DNA of 64,000 nucleotides from the human T2T-CHM13v2.0 reference genome, Homo sapiens (GCF_009914755.1 NC_060928.1); one strand, 5' to 3'; numbered from the stretch's first letter, positions 45,401 through 60,059 are shown. Notes: a model not told the origin generated them from the letters alone. Numbers and translations: made by a program.

Positions 45401-47540
45401 TACTTTGTAATTACAGGAATCTATGAGTATCTGTTGACTGCCCGTCTCTCTCACTGACTGACTCACTCACTGAAGCTGGGGGCAGCCTCTGTTTGGATAA
45501 CCACGTAGCTCCAGTGTCTGACACAGCCCCTGTTTCAACAGGAGATGTTCATTATGTGTGAAGAAGGAAGGGAGTGGAAAAGGAGCAAATGAAGAAAAGA
45601 GTAGGGAGGAAGAGAGAACGGAATACAATTGTATATTTAAATTCAAATTCAGTTAATGAATTTAATAAATCCAGAGTTCCATTAAAGCAACAAAGGGTAG
45701 CCAGCTTGGTTAGCAGATCACCGGCATGCCGGCACCCCACACCATACCTTTTAATCTTTTTCTGTCTTTTCACTTGGGAGGGGGGACATCTTACATACCA
45801 ACAAAATGTTGAAAGAAAAAAACATTAATTCATATTACAGATTTTATATTGTTGGTGATGTATTTTCATTTAAAATATTCCAAATAGAAGTTTTAAAAGC
45901 CTTCAAAAGTAGAAATATATGGAGTTTTGGCAGGTAGTAGATGTGAGTCACATACCACTTAAATTGGTATTTAAATTGTCCATATAAAATAGACATTAAG
46001 AAAACTAAATGCCTATATCCTAAAATAGGGGTAGAGAGGCAGAAGCAACTAATGTTTACATCCTTTAAACTGGAATCTTGGACTTTATATTGCAAAAGCA
46101 AATGACAAATGTCTAATAAAGTTCAAGGGCAAGTTACACAGATGGAAAATTAATAGCTTTATTTTTCTTTGTGTTAGGCATCATTTCCTAAACATTTGAA
46201 GCAAAGTGTATATTTAAGCCACATTTGGATTTATCATTGACATCTTTTAAAAGAAAAATAGGAATTAAAATGCAATTTGTGTATATTCTTATACTTCATA
46301 CACTTTCCATCTATTTAGCATTAATGTTGTAGGAAGAGCTATTCTTTTAGAAAATGTCAAAAAGAACAAATTTCCTAAAATGTTCCTGTTGATGGTAAGT
46401 AGGCTGTTTTGCCTTATACTAATGTAATGGATTCTCTCAATAATAGGACTTTTTTTTCTAATTTTTCAAGATAATTTTAGTGACTCATAATCAGTAAACT
46501 AAAGGATAAGGAGCGACCTACCTCAATGAAAAATATTTCAGTACACATATAATACCAGCCAGCTATTTCTTGAGGGCAACTTTAAATCGAAGTCAAGTCA
46601 CAAATGGATTGAGACTGGTGATCTCACTTCATCCTTTGGAAAACTATGTATATCACAAAATCAGTATACATTTTGACATAGTTGGCAGCCTTTGCTTGAA
46701 GTAGGCTCTGAATCAACTGAGCATGGAAACTCAATTTGCCTGGGGATATGCTAGCCTTTAAATAAAGAGGGCTGATAGTTTCTGCTAAAACAATGGAGAA
46801 ATCTCCCAACATCTATAATTTTGTATACACTATAACTCTAACAGACAGTCTAGGTTTCAAGTCATCAACTGCCCGTAAAATCATTATATATACTTTTTAG
46901 AACAGAAGTATGGTAAATGTACTTTTAAGCTTACTTGACCACATATTTTTTTAGAGTACCAATTTCATTACATATTTTCTTTTATTTCTCCCACAAGATT
47001 ATTTTTGCGTCATCTCCCCAGCAACTCTGGTCATACAGAATACCACCGGCTGATCACACAGCTCTGTGACAGCCATTGCAGATTGCTAATGGTAACCCTG
47101 CACTAGGGAATAGATGGCTTTGGATGTCTGATCTAGCCCAGGGGTGCAAAGGGCCTGCTCAGAGAGGGCATGATGAAGCTCCTGAGGAACAGGGAGACCC
47201 AAATTAGGAATAAGAAAATGTGGAAGCAATTATCCATGGGCACCCACTACCTTAAAATAATTGGAACCACTGTGCACATTGCTTAAAGCTACCTGATGCT
47301 TGCTGTCGACTTGTGTCTCCACTTCTGTGCTGGAACTGAGCAAAATAAAGGAGAAAAGGTCAAGCACCACGTAACTAAGCCAAACTTCAATGATAACATG
47401 CAACTGTTTGCAATTGTTTTACATGGGAGTATTTTATTATTTCATCATTTAAAATGACCTTGGATCAATGCACTCAGAAACTTGGGTAGGCAGAAAGAAT
47501 TTATTTTTCAAGCTACCAAACATGATAAAAAATATAGTTT

Positions 47541-47809
<269 letters not shown>

Positions 47810-50800
47810 GATAAAAAAATATAGTTTTAAATGTTTTTCAATATATCTAATAGTCAACATATAATGTTTCTGTAGGGGTTTCTATAAAATCTATTATTTT
47901 TGGATATTTCAACATGTTGGCTTATACAACTTTCACATAGTTTCTTCAAAAGAGTAAAGATATTGTTTGTTCCACCATAGGCCTACTGCTGCTAAGTTTT
48001 ACTTTCCTTTTATAATGGCAAACTACTAATTTGTTTTAGAAAGATAAAATTTAAATTTTAAGCCCAAATCTTTATTCACTATAGGTGAAAATGTTACACT
48101 AAGACCCAAAACAGGTTAGAAAGAGAGAAAAAGGAGGCAAGGAAGAAAGGAAGTAGGCAGGAGCCAGTCTACATTGTGAGATTATCATTTTTATCATAAC
48201 TGTGTTATCACTTAGAAAAAGACAGCTTAAAAGCAGATTAAACTCCAGTCAATGTGTATAGCTCTAGCTAACATAAATTAGACATAAGCAAGTCACCTAA
48301 AATTAAATACTCATACTATATTTTAAGTTATTCTAGTTGCCTCTCCCACTCTGATTTTAATGCATCCAAATCCTTTTTATCATATCAATGAAGTTTGAAA
48401 ACGTCAGCCAGGATCCAAATTCCAGAATTTTATTAACAGCAAATAGTTGAGTAAAGTACTTGTAAGATGGGTAAGCAGATCGGATCTCTGTGCTTTTTCT
48501 CCTGTAACTCAGGGTCTGCCCTCTCTGTTGCATGCAATCAAGCACCATAGGTGCTAACCCATTGGTGGTAGCAGTTTTGGTATTGTTGTATCTGCAACTT
48601 GAAGTGGATACCATGCCAGGAAAGTTTGTTTCCCAGATGAGTGGATTAAGGAAAGGAATTTGGTTTGGATGAAACAGGTTGTTTTGGTGCCAAACAATAT
48701 CCAGCTGTATGGCTTAAGAGCTCGTCGTATTATCTTACATGTGATAAAACAACCAGTATAAGTTACATGGCGTGATGATCACCTTTTTAAAAAGACACAC
48801 AAATTAACTACTTTCTTTTTGCCTCCAAAGTAAAGCCTACAGTCACAGCCAAGTATGTAGAAGACACTCCAGTGATGCTTGAAGTAAGAGACACTTCATT
48901 CTTGCCAGGTTCTTAGCGTCTCAAAATTCAAATGCCAGTACTCAAATACCAATTTTGTTATCAACACGTAGACTAAAGGAAGTGAAATAAAATTAAATAA
49001 ATGGTACGTAAAATTTCAAAAAACAAATCTACATCTATCTATTGAGTGATTAGTGAGTGGTTTTCTTTAATATTGAATTGCTACAGCCTCTCAAGCAAGA
49101 GCAGTTCTACCCTTTATTCCAGCCCTGGAGTTGTAATGCACCTCAATACTTTCCAGACAGAAAAGTTTATTTTATTGAATACTTTGACATAGATTGTGAG
49201 CTGGTTTCTTTGAATACATTTTAGAATCGATTTCTTCTGAAGATACAGCATATTACCACTGTAGCAAGAGAAATAATTAGATTTGGCCATACTGCTTCTA
49301 CAAAAGCTGTCTCAAACAGATGGGGAGCCCGATCCGTCAGTGGCTATAAACAAATAAAATTCAAAATAATGCTATATGTCAGTAAGACAAGTAATTTATT
49401 AAAAGAAATCAATGACTAGTTGAATATAAAGAAGCTTCCAATTGCATATTTTTGTTTTCTACACTTCTCTTTCCCTTTTCCCTCATTCTTTCACTCTCTT
49501 TTTGTCTGTCATATAACTCTGCAGAGCTTGCATGCAGCAATATTTTCGGTTAAATTTCAAAGCTGAATTTGCCCAAAAGAACAAAGAAAGCTGTTTTTAA
49601 GCTTTGATCTCATCATGGAGTTTCCATTCTAGAAGGGATATAGATACTGCAGGCCAAATATGGCCCTGATTCCCTAAGAAAATATAGTAATTTGAATTCA
49701 GAGGGAATTGGAATTTTTGCGTGTATGAGGAACATGTTGGCCTCATAGCTTCAATCAACAAGTTCTGAACCTGAATGGCCCAAAGTAAGTCCTTCAATGA
49801 ACTGTGTATATTAAATCCAAGTCTCCATCTTCAAAAGCCCCTAGCAGTGGATAGAACGCAAAGATGAAAGGCTTGGTGAGAAGAGATAATTAAAACTTAA
49901 TGGGTGCTTGTTATATAAGTAGGTGCAATGAAAAATGATCATTTTAGGTATTCACATGGAATTCATAAAGAGTCCCGTGTGTTGTAAGTAATTAATTTGG
50001 GGTAGTTAACACTAGGAAGATGACCCCTAAAAGATATGGGTCAAGGCTAACTGCCCAACTCCCTCTTCTGTTATGGTTTATGGGATGTTTTATACTTGAT
50101 GTAAGAAAAAGACTAAATCCAAGAAAGCTGGAGAAAAGCTCACCTCTCCTAAAATTTTCTATTGAATTGATTCAGACTAAAGCAATGACCTTCCGATTTT
50201 TTTTTTTTTTTTGAGGTCTCTCCCAAAAGTCCCCGGGGATTAAGGGGCATAAGATGTACCTTGAAAAAAAAATAGACTGATTAGGGCCTTTGACCAGATG
50301 GTTTCAGAAATTAGAAGTATCTCTTGCCTTAGGTGGTGACCACAGAGGCATTTGCTCCAATTGCACCTAGACACAGCCTCTCAGGAAATGGCCAATCCCC
50401 CAACAAAGTAAGATATGGACTTAGGGTGTCAAAAAGATGAGGGGTAATTTTACAAAGCTTTTAGAACTTCAATCTCCGGTAAGCTACTGTATCTGTCTAG
50501 TGGCAGCTACTTTTGTTTGTGTGTGTCAGATGACTCTAGCCTGAATGAGCTTTTTCATACACGTTCTGTTTGAAGAAAAGCCTTGCTGTGTTCCTTCTTT
50601 TGTCATTCCTGTGTCTGTGTAGTACAGTAGCATTGCTTTCTCCCAACCCTGCCATCCCTCCTCAATTCTGTTCTTCCTCTCTTCATCCCCCCAACACTCT
50701 AAGTTCCTTAATGTTGCTAGAAAAAAAAAAAATAGCCATTCTGATCTCAAATTGGGAATAGGCTGATCGGGCTATTTTCTTCTTCTCGTCTATATGACAT

Positions 50801-51469
50801 TATTGGTATACTGCATGCACTGCTGAATATCATCAACATGGGACAAGTACCAGCAGGGATTCGGTTATAAAACACGTATTTGCCACCGGTGAGAGAGTAA
50901 ACGTAGATACAGGGACAAACATTTACAAAACAAACATGAAACTTAAAATGGAAAGGGAAAGAGAATGCAGAATAAGATTTACACTGATCCATTGAGTTCC
51001 AGGAGTGTCTATTTGGAAAGCAAAACCCCTTTGACGAAAAAGTTCAATGTGGTATCAGTATTAGCCACGTTAGGGCATTTTCTTGACAATCTAAAGTGTC
51101 TACGCCAGTGAAACAGGAACAATGGTTCAGAGAAAGGCGACAGAACCTAAAACTTGAAAGTAAATTTCTGAAACTAAAAAATCCTAAATTTTCTGTTAGA
51201 TGTGTAAAATATTTCCTGATACAAGTTTGCTGTTGTAAAGTTTAATTATAAAATTATGAAAATAAATTCATTTACATAGGTAAACAGGTCATAATTAGTG
51301 TGTGCTGTTGGAAGAGACAATTAACTTCCTCCTTATTTTAAAAAAATAATAATAACAAGAAGTCATATTCTCTGCATTTAATCCTTCGTCTTTCTGCTTC
51401 TCCCTATGAAAAGAAAGCCACAGGACTTCTTGAGGAGAGAGTATTTTGATAAAGACAACAAAAGCTCTG

Positions 51470-52160
51470 AATATTTTAACTTTTATCATGGACGTTTTCA
51501 AGCATATTCAAAAGTAGCATGTACATATTGCCGATCTGGGTTCATTTATTCCTTCCAGATTATTTATTATCTATTTACTGCTGCATCACTTTAAAGCACA
51601 TTATTTCACCTACCAATACTTCCAAATAAAGCTCTCACAGATGAGGATGCTTATTTATGACCCTCCCATTTGTTTGCTTGTTTTAATAAGACCACCATGC
51701 CATTCTCCAACCTTACCCCCAATAAGTACTTAATGGCAGCCAACGTTCAGTCCATCTGGAAATTTCTCTGACTGTCTTAAGAATGTCATGTTACAATTAG
51801 TTTGTTTAAGTCAGGCTCCAAACAAGAGTCACACCTTGTATTTTTCTCCTGTGTCTCCTGTATTCTATATTAATCTCCATCCCCTTTTTAATGCCAGTTA
51901 TCTGTTGATGAGATTCAGAATATTTTTAAAAGAGAAGGTGAGGCAAGAAATTCCACCTCTATAGAGTGGCTCTGTGTGTTCTCTCTCACATCCCATCACT
52001 TGGAGTGATGCTAAGATTGATCCATGGGTTCAGGTGTTGTCTGCCTGATCTATCCATTAGAAAGGTCCCTGTCCTTTCACCTTGAAGCCTTAGTATCTTT
52101 GGATGATTATTGCCTAGAGCCATTATTCCATTAGGGATGACAAAATAGTGACTTTTATAA
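51470..52160 (-). mobile_element. Old L1MC-like 3' UTR fragment
   Basis: AAATTTCTCTGACTGTC...TTTGTTTAAGTCAGGCTCCAAACAAG and GTGATGCTAAGATTGATC resemble L1MC4/5 3' ends. Confidence 0.5.
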
Positions 52161-53118
52161 GCTATCAGCTTTTATCAATTTCTTAAAATGCCTGCATATC
52201 AATTTGACTGTAGACCAGCAGCTGTGTCATTCTTTGCATAGATAACAACAAAGGCTGTGGTTATTTTTGACACCCGATGAAGCCACAGACCTCATGAAGT
52301 ATCATGGCACACAAATCTCAGAAGGGGTGTGACTGGATGTTGTGGAGAGTGAGTTACACAGGGAGATTTATTCAGCAGATAGCAAAATGGGCTCTGTGTC
52401 ATTCAGTTTGGGGTGGTGGGGATGAAAAAACAAATCTTGCCCCAGGCATGAGTCTGTCCTCTAGACATTTGGTAGGGAGCCATATGGTGGAGTATTTTTC
52501 TTTACTTAATATTATGAAGTCATTCTCCAAGCTCTCTGCAGATTTTCTCTATTAGATTATCTCAGAAGGCCACAGCTAATGTTGAGCCTATTTCTCACTT
52601 TATATAAAAGTCAAGCAGGCAGAAGGCTGAAAAATCCATTCAAGATTTCACTTGGTGTCTTCTGTCTTCCCCAAATAAAGCCAATCAAGGAGAATAAAAT
52701 GCGAGCTGAAATCATCTTATCTCCCAGAAGCCCCAAGGGCAGATGTAAGGTTCTGGCAAAGAATTAGTAAAGGCTCAGAGAATGAAATAAATACTTGTTT
52801 CAGATGTAATTTGAAGACATTGTGGACTAACAGCAACCTAATCTCTGAGAGAATAAAAACAAGTCTGTCTTTTAAATGGGCAAGACCCTTCTCACAATAG
52901 CTAGTAAATTGACTCCCACTTCTACTGTGCCGCTAGACACAAAAGTGACAAAGCATTATCTTTACTTGGTGATGGGGGCTCTTCTTTGACCCACCTGGAC
53001 CACCTATTAGTGTATAAGGAACACAGCTAGCGTTCTCTAGCCCTTCCAGAATGCCATATGAAGACAATCTCTCTCTTCCTCCTTCTTCTCTCCCTCCCCT
53101 TCGTTCCCTCACACCATA

Positions 53119-53153
53119 TCTCTCTCTCTCTCTCACTCTCTCTCTCTCTCTCT
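53119..53153. repeat. (TC)n microsatellite with one interruption
   Basis: Direct reading. Confidence 0.9.
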
Positions 53154-54819
53154 AGCATGCATGTGCCACACCAAATTTCTTTTCATGCAGTTATTTAAAC
53201 AGCAGAGACTTTGCATGAAAGGGTTCCTTCCACTCCCTGCTTGTCTACTTCATCTTTTTCAGAAACTGCAAATTACAGACATGATTTGGATATGTGCAAA
53301 GACCATGCTTTTCCTCAACTTTGCAGCCTTATTTGAGATACATGGGGCGCAGGTTTTGAAGACAGGAGAATGAGGTCCAAATATGGGTCCAGCACAGCCA
53401 CCCATGTGTCAGGTGATCCTACCCAGTTCTGTAACCCCCAGCTTACTCTGCTGCAAAATGGAGATATGACATTTATTTTTCAGGATTTTCACGGGGCTTT
53501 GCGTTTTGTGTGTAAAAGAGCACGTAGCAAGTAGAGGATATTCAATAAATGACTCAACAAGTGTTTGTTCCTCCTGTTAATTTTTTTTGGAAATGTCCAA
53601 TTCCTATCACCGGTTTAAAAGCCATTAAGTTTCTTTATCTCATGAAGCAAGTGCAGTCTTTAAACAAAGTCCCCTGACTTTCCCATGCTGGCTTTCCTTG
53701 GGGCAGTGGGCATGTGCCTGCTTGATGTCACTGTCACTTTGCATTGCTGGCTCGGCCCTTGCTACGGGCTGATGATTTCTTCCCAGGAGGAGTAAGAGGG
53801 CCATTTTCAAATCTCTAACACATTTCCCCATGATATAGCACAAACTCAAACCCCTGAGATTTTTAGTGACTGTAGGATAGAGGCTCAGAGTCAAACAGAG
53901 TGAGGTATGGTTCTCCCAACTCAGAGCCACCGACGTGGCTGGCGTTGTTCAGTTCCACCCCCCAGGCTTACTTCTGGACCGAGGCCTGAAATATTTCACA
54001 CAGTTTGGCTGCTCCATCGTCCTTCCAAGTGCCTTGCTTGAGATCACAGGGCTTTTCCTTTGTTGTGAGGCTCAAACTCATCCTCTCTATGGCCAGGGAG
54101 TGTGCATCGCCCTCACTGATCTCTTCACAGGAACTTCAGTTCTGCTCCCAAATTCTAGTCCATTGGTTTGAGTCTTGCTGAACGCTGACAGACTTTCTGG
54201 AGGTCCTGGTATTCCGAGCACCAGAAGCCCAGATTGGGTCCCCACAACTCAATGCATGATGATGGATGGAAGATATTCAGCCACTTCACTTGCCTGAGAT
54301 ATGTGTTTACCAGGTGTGAGACCTCCTGTTATGCTTCAGGAGACCTCTCCTGAACTAAAGTTTCCTTCAGTGACCCAAATCTGCACCTTCCTTCTTGGCT
54401 TGTGAATTACATGCTTGGTCCTCCCCAGTAGGTCGTGTCCAGCCATACCTGGAGGAAACTTAAGGCAGGACATGTAAGTTCAGAACTGGCATTCGGGCCG
54501 CGGTTGTCACTGGCTCTCGCCAGGTGAGGGTCATCTGCCACTGAGACATGGAGGGGACCTCGGGGTTAGGAAGCTCTTAATCCACAACTGCTCTGCCAGT
54601 GGCAAGAAACAAAGAAAGAATCTAGCTCTTTCTGTTCTTCTTTGGTTTGCTTCCAGCGTTTTCCTCTTGACTCATAAAACAAAAAGCTCACTGATGAAAA
54701 GCATCTAGAATGCTAACCGCAGAGAATACAGAAAATGTTTTAAATGAAAAGAAAAATGACTAAGAATCATGTTACCTATAGTTCATCATTATTACTACTT
54801 TGGAATTTGTCTCAATTCA

Positions 54820-54975
54820 ATGGGTATAAATAAAGTCTCAGTTATACAAGATGATTAAGTTCTAGAGATCTTTCGTACAACATTGTGGCTATAGTTAACA
54901 ATAGTGTATTGTATGCAAAAAAATTCTGTTCACAGGGTAGATCTTATATTAACTTCCTACCATAAATTTTTTTAA
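54820..54975 (+). mobile_element. Old L1M 3' terminal fragment
   Basis: AAAGTCTCAGTTATACAAGATGATTAAGTTCTAGAGATCT..TACAACATTGTGGCTATAGTTAACAATA...GGGTAGATCTTA. Confidence 0.7.
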
Positions 54976-55089
54976 AAATTGGAGGAATCATTACATACAC
55001 ACATATATAAATATGTGCCTGTGATATGCATGACATATGACATCTTTGTGTACCACACATACTGTGAGCATTAACTAGAATACCTCTCT

Positions 55090-55091
<2 letters not shown>

Positions 55092-55138
<47 letters not shown>

Positions 55139-55146
55139 GTGTGTGT
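55092..55146. repeat. Compound (TC)n(TA)n(TG)n microsatellite
   Basis: Direct reading. Confidence 0.92.
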
Positions 55147-57021
55147 ATGCCTCTGTGTGTGTATGTAATAATTTCCCCCATACACAAACACACACACACA
55201 TAATTTCCTTTTTAAAAGTTAGCATTAGCTTGTTAATTTTTAAGCTTCAAAACAAGTGATGAAAATTTACAGGATCCAGAAAATCCAATTAGGCGTATTG
55301 TTCCACTGCCAAACACGTTACAAATGTTGACTAACACTGGTGTTCATTGATAATCACTTGGAAGCTTGCCCTTGATTATTTAAAATTACTAAAGTCATTC
55401 ATGTTTTATAACAACTCTGAAAAACACTTTGAACCTTTAAAGATGTTACAGTTAGCCAGCTGGAAAATTCTGATTTAACCTCTTTTTCTATGTTGCGACA
55501 TCAGTCAGTGATTTAATGTGTCTGAGTTTCTGGGCCTTCATCTTTCAAATGGGAATATTGATATATATTGAGCATAAAATGTGGTAGAATATGTTTCCTC
55601 AGTCTTTCTCAACATTTTTGCCACCGCAATATGCATGACATATGACATTTTCAGGTACAACGCATACTGTGAGCATTAACGGGAATACCTGTCTTGTCTC
55701 TCTCACAAAAGTAAATGTGTTAGAGTGTAAACAAATGCAAATGAGTTCAGGATACCTAAATATACAGAAATAACATTTTCTCAGTTACATCCATCAGTGT
55801 TTGACAGCAAAGAGTTTGAGATCCATCGTGTTAACGTACATAATAAATTGGTAAGCACCAAACTGAATAAGGTGCTATTATTTCAGTAATTACATTAAAG
55901 TAGAAGGTCTATTTCTCATTTTGCAGAAATCTCACCCAGGTGCGTAAACATTTTGCAAGTTTGGATACCACCTGACAAGAAACAATTAAGAAACGCAGTA
56001 TTTAATTCGTTAACGTGTTAACTGATTTAAATTAAAGATAAATTAAGCTGTGTTCTTCATTTATTAGCAAGATTCAAGTAAGCAAGGCTTTGAGAAATAG
56101 AGTTGAGTTTCTTTATGACTGATTTTAATTATGAAATAACTTGCAAAGACAGCTCCCCATTTGTTCTATTTAGAATAATTTCAGAAAGCCAATCTCTGAA
56201 CTATAGTTGATAGCTTTCAGAAAACAACTTCATCTCAAATATTTGTTTATTGTAAAAGCTAAATAGTATTCATCTAGACATAATTCTAACTTTTATTGAT
56301 TCATAAAACTAAATTACCAGTAGTCATTTAAATAATAATGAGGGTTAAAAATATGTAAATAAGTAATTGCTATACGTGAAATTTCCAAATATTTGCAAAA
56401 CGGAGTTATCATTAATGAGAATTCGCTGTCAGGATCTACAGCAAATTAGGTCACTATTATTAAAAGGCTACAGAGCAGTAAAATTAAGCTTTCAAAACTA
56501 CCTAAAATTATCATTGCCGACCTTAGGATTTTCTGACAGAAACTTTATCCCAACTATCAAGATAAAAGAAAAAAAATACTCTTTTGTCTATCGTCTTGAA
56601 ACTTTCACTTCCTGTGGTTCAGTCTGAAAGATAATGCATCTGCTTAACATCAAGCAGTTTTTAGAACTCTCCTTGAGAATTTTTCCACCATCAGTGATTC
56701 ATAACCACCTCCTTTATGTGATCGTATGATATATCTTTTAAAGTCTACATTTTAAAGTTATTTCAGGGGCCCACTTAATCAGGGTTCCAGAGGCCATGTG
56801 GACTCTCCTTCATCTCCTCCCCACTTGGATTTTTGTCTCAGCATTCCTCAGCTTCTCTGCTGCTGGCGGCTCAAACAATGGTATGACAGCAAGCCTTGGA
56901 CCAAAAGAATAATTCTGGGTTTGTTTCATACCATGTATCTGGGGAATTCAAAATAAATAAAAATAAATGATATTTTTGTGAGCTGCAAATACATGTCCTA
57001 CAATAAGTGCCATGCAACTAG

Positions 57022-57240
<219 letters not shown>

Positions 57241-57676
57241 AATTATTGGTAATTTTTAGTGATATTCAGGAAATATATAAGACCGTCACAAAATGAGCAT
57301 TTATTATCCAACACAACAGATAATGTTTTTAAATCAGGAATGGGATTGGAAAGAACAGAATAAGCTCCAGGCAAGCAGGAATTAGGTCTGTTCTGTTTGC
57401 CCCTTCATACTCTGTACCTAGCATGGTGCTTGGCATGTAGTAGGCTCTCAAAAATATTTGTTAAAGAAAGAAACAGACAAAAAATGGAGGGAGGAAGAGG
57501 AGAGAGTGAGAAAAAGCAGGAAAAACAAAACATGATCCACATCCAAAATCATGGTGCAGCCAAATCTAGAAAAATTCATGGCAGAGTAATGCTTAAGAGA
57601 CTTTGGACATACTAACTTAATATAGTTCTACCCTCTTATTCGTCATAAAACAGAAAGTCCAGGGATGGGGAAGTTG

Positions 57677-57996
57677 TTGGGTATTTGGTTTTGGTTTTGG
57701 TTTTGTTTTTGGAGACAGCGTCTCACCCTGTCTCCCAGGTTGGAGTGCAGTGGCATGATCATAGCTCACTGTAACCTCAAATTCCTGAGCTCAAGCAATC
57801 CTCCCACCTCAGCCTCTCTAGTACGTAGGACCACAGGCATGCACCACCATGCCCTGTTAATTTTTAAAAAATGTTTGTAGAGATGGATCTTTGCTGTGTT
57901 GTCCAGGCTGGTCTCAAAGTCCTGGACTCAAGCGATCCTCCTGCCTCGGCATCCCAAAAGCACTGGAATTACAGTCATGCACCACTGCACCTGGCC
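57677..57996 (-). mobile_element. Alu SINE (AluJ-like) with (TTTTGG)n tail
   Basis: Diverged reverse dimer; 16-bp TSD AGGGATGGG(G/A)AAGTTG. Confidence 0.93.
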
Positions 57997-58265
57997 AGGG
58001 ATGGGAAAGTTGACATAGCCACTGAGAAGCATGTCAGTCTGAGCTAATTGAATTAATTTGACCATAATAATATCGGCAACGTCTCTCCTACCATATTGGT
58101 ATATGACTTATGGTTCCATTCAGGAAGATTACTTAGCAAACTGCATCAGTTTTTTTTTTTCTCTTCATGCTACAGAGGAAATTGAGATAAAAGGTATGGG
58201 AAACTACTTTCCAGAGACTTAGTTGAGAGAGAAAATAGCTTAACATCTCTCTGTAATAAAGAACG

Positions 58266-58583
58266 GGCCAGATGTGGTGACTCACATCTGCAATCCCAGC
58301 AATTTGGGAGGATCAGGCAGGCAGATGGCTTGAGCCCAGGAGTTGGAGACAAGCCTGGGCAGCAAGATAAAGCCCCGTCTCTACAAATATAAAAATTAGC
58401 CAGGCATGGTGGTGCATGCCTGTAGTCCCAGCTACTTGGGATGCTCAGGTGGGAGGATTACTCGAGCCAGAGAGGTCAAGGCTGCAGTGCAGTCAAGGCA
58501 AGTCAAGGTCAGATCATGCCACTGCACTCCAACCCGGATGACAGAGTGAGACCTCCTTGTCCAAAAAAAAAAAAAAAAAAAAA
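58266..58583 (+). mobile_element. Alu SINE (AluJ-like)
   Basis: Dimer with J-type GAGGTCAAGGCTGCAGTG and a poly-A tail. Confidence 0.92.
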
Positions 58584-59576
58584 TTCAAACTCATTCCTCC
58601 ATTATTAGAAGCAAGATAACTTATTAAAATGCTAACCTTGAAATATGAGTTTGTGTTCCCCAGAAAGATCCTAAAGAAGATGGCTAGATGACACTTTAGG
58701 GAGGCTGAACTCTTAGCAATGAACTCCAGTCTCCCTAAAAATTCTCCAAGTCACAGAGACCAGAGACATGTGGAGACAACATGACCTGGGCAGTATCTTT
58801 GACTGGTGCCCAGTGATTGCAGGGAACTCCTCAGCACCTGAATCCATTGTAAGTCACACAATCTTGACCGAGATTGAATTTCCAGATCCCAGGGACAACA
58901 TGTGTTGGATTCAGGATTAAGTTGATCTACAGAAAATAAGGAAATGCAGTATTCTAAGCTCACTTGAGTCTGTGGATTGGGATTCCTATTCATTACACAT
59001 TGTTATACACATTAATTGATCACTTGCTCTTTACAAGACAAAAAACTTGGTTTTGCCAAAAAAAAAATCCCTGACTGCAGTGGAGGTGTTAAGCAGACCT
59101 TGAGGTATGAATCTAGTCCATTAATAGGCCAAGTGGAGCGGCACTTTATTGACAAAACTGGAATCAAAAGCTATAAATGGACCATAAGAATGACAGCCAG
59201 GGCTTTTATATGTTATAATATTGACAGGAATGGTGCAACATCAAAATTAAAAACCTGACATCATTGAAAGAATAATAATTTATTTTTAGATCCTTCCTCT
59301 TATAACATATGCAGTAAAATTCTAAATGTGTGCAAACAACTGGAAGGCATCAATTTTTAAATGTTTTAAATTTGCCATCGCTGGTCTAGGTGCTTGGGTG
59401 GCATCAGTGAACAAAGGATGAAGATTCTACCTCTGGTATCTAGGGTGGATAGAAAACAAACAGTAAGCATGACAACTAAGTAAATTATAACAAGTTAGAA
59501 ACTGACAAGCAGAAAAAAAGGACCCTGAGCAAAAGAACCAGAGCAGAGAAAACGGAGACGGAATGCTGTTTTAAAT

Positions 59577-59910
59577 GGCTGGGCCTCAGGCCTGCAATCC
59601 CAGCTTTGGGAGATTGAAGCAGGAGGATCGCTTGAGGCTGGGAGTTTGAGACTAGCCTGGGAAACATAGTAGTTTGAGACTAGCCTGGGAAACATAGTGA
59701 GGCCCTGTCTCTACAAGAAAAAAAATAAATAAGACTATTTAGCTGGGCACAGTAATGCATGCCTGTAATCCAAGCTACTCAGGAAGCTGAGGCAAGAGGA
59801 TTGCTTGAGCCCAGGAGTTGAAAGCTGAACTGAGCCATGACTGTGCCACTGCACTCCAGCCTGGGTGACAGAGCCAGGCCCTAGAGCTAAAAATAAATAT
59901 GAATAAAATA
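59577..59910 (+). mobile_element. Alu SINE (AluJ-like) with an internal 28-bp tandem duplication, inserted in L2
   Basis: Diverged dimer; AGTTTGAGACTAGCCTGGGAAACATAGT occurs twice in tandem. Confidence 0.9.
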
Positions 59911-60059
59911 AGTAGAATACAGTCAATGGAGCTCAGGGTAGGTCTCACTAGGAAGATGATGTTTAAGCAAAGGCTTGAAGGAGAAGTAGAGTTATCCCAG
60001 GAGATAACTGGAGAAGAAGCATTTGGAGAAAACAGCAACAACATAGAGGGCGATGCCCA

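Noticed and set aside
48357-48705. Open minus-strand frame of ~115 codons after a possible acceptor
   Set aside because: No recognisable homology and a weak polypyrimidine tract; within chance expectation.
58756-58853. Possible plus-strand exon (CACAG...CATT|GTAAGT) reading RDMWRQHDLGSIFDWCPV
   Set aside because: Weak acceptor, no partner exons and an unrecognised peptide. It would need RNA-seq junction support.
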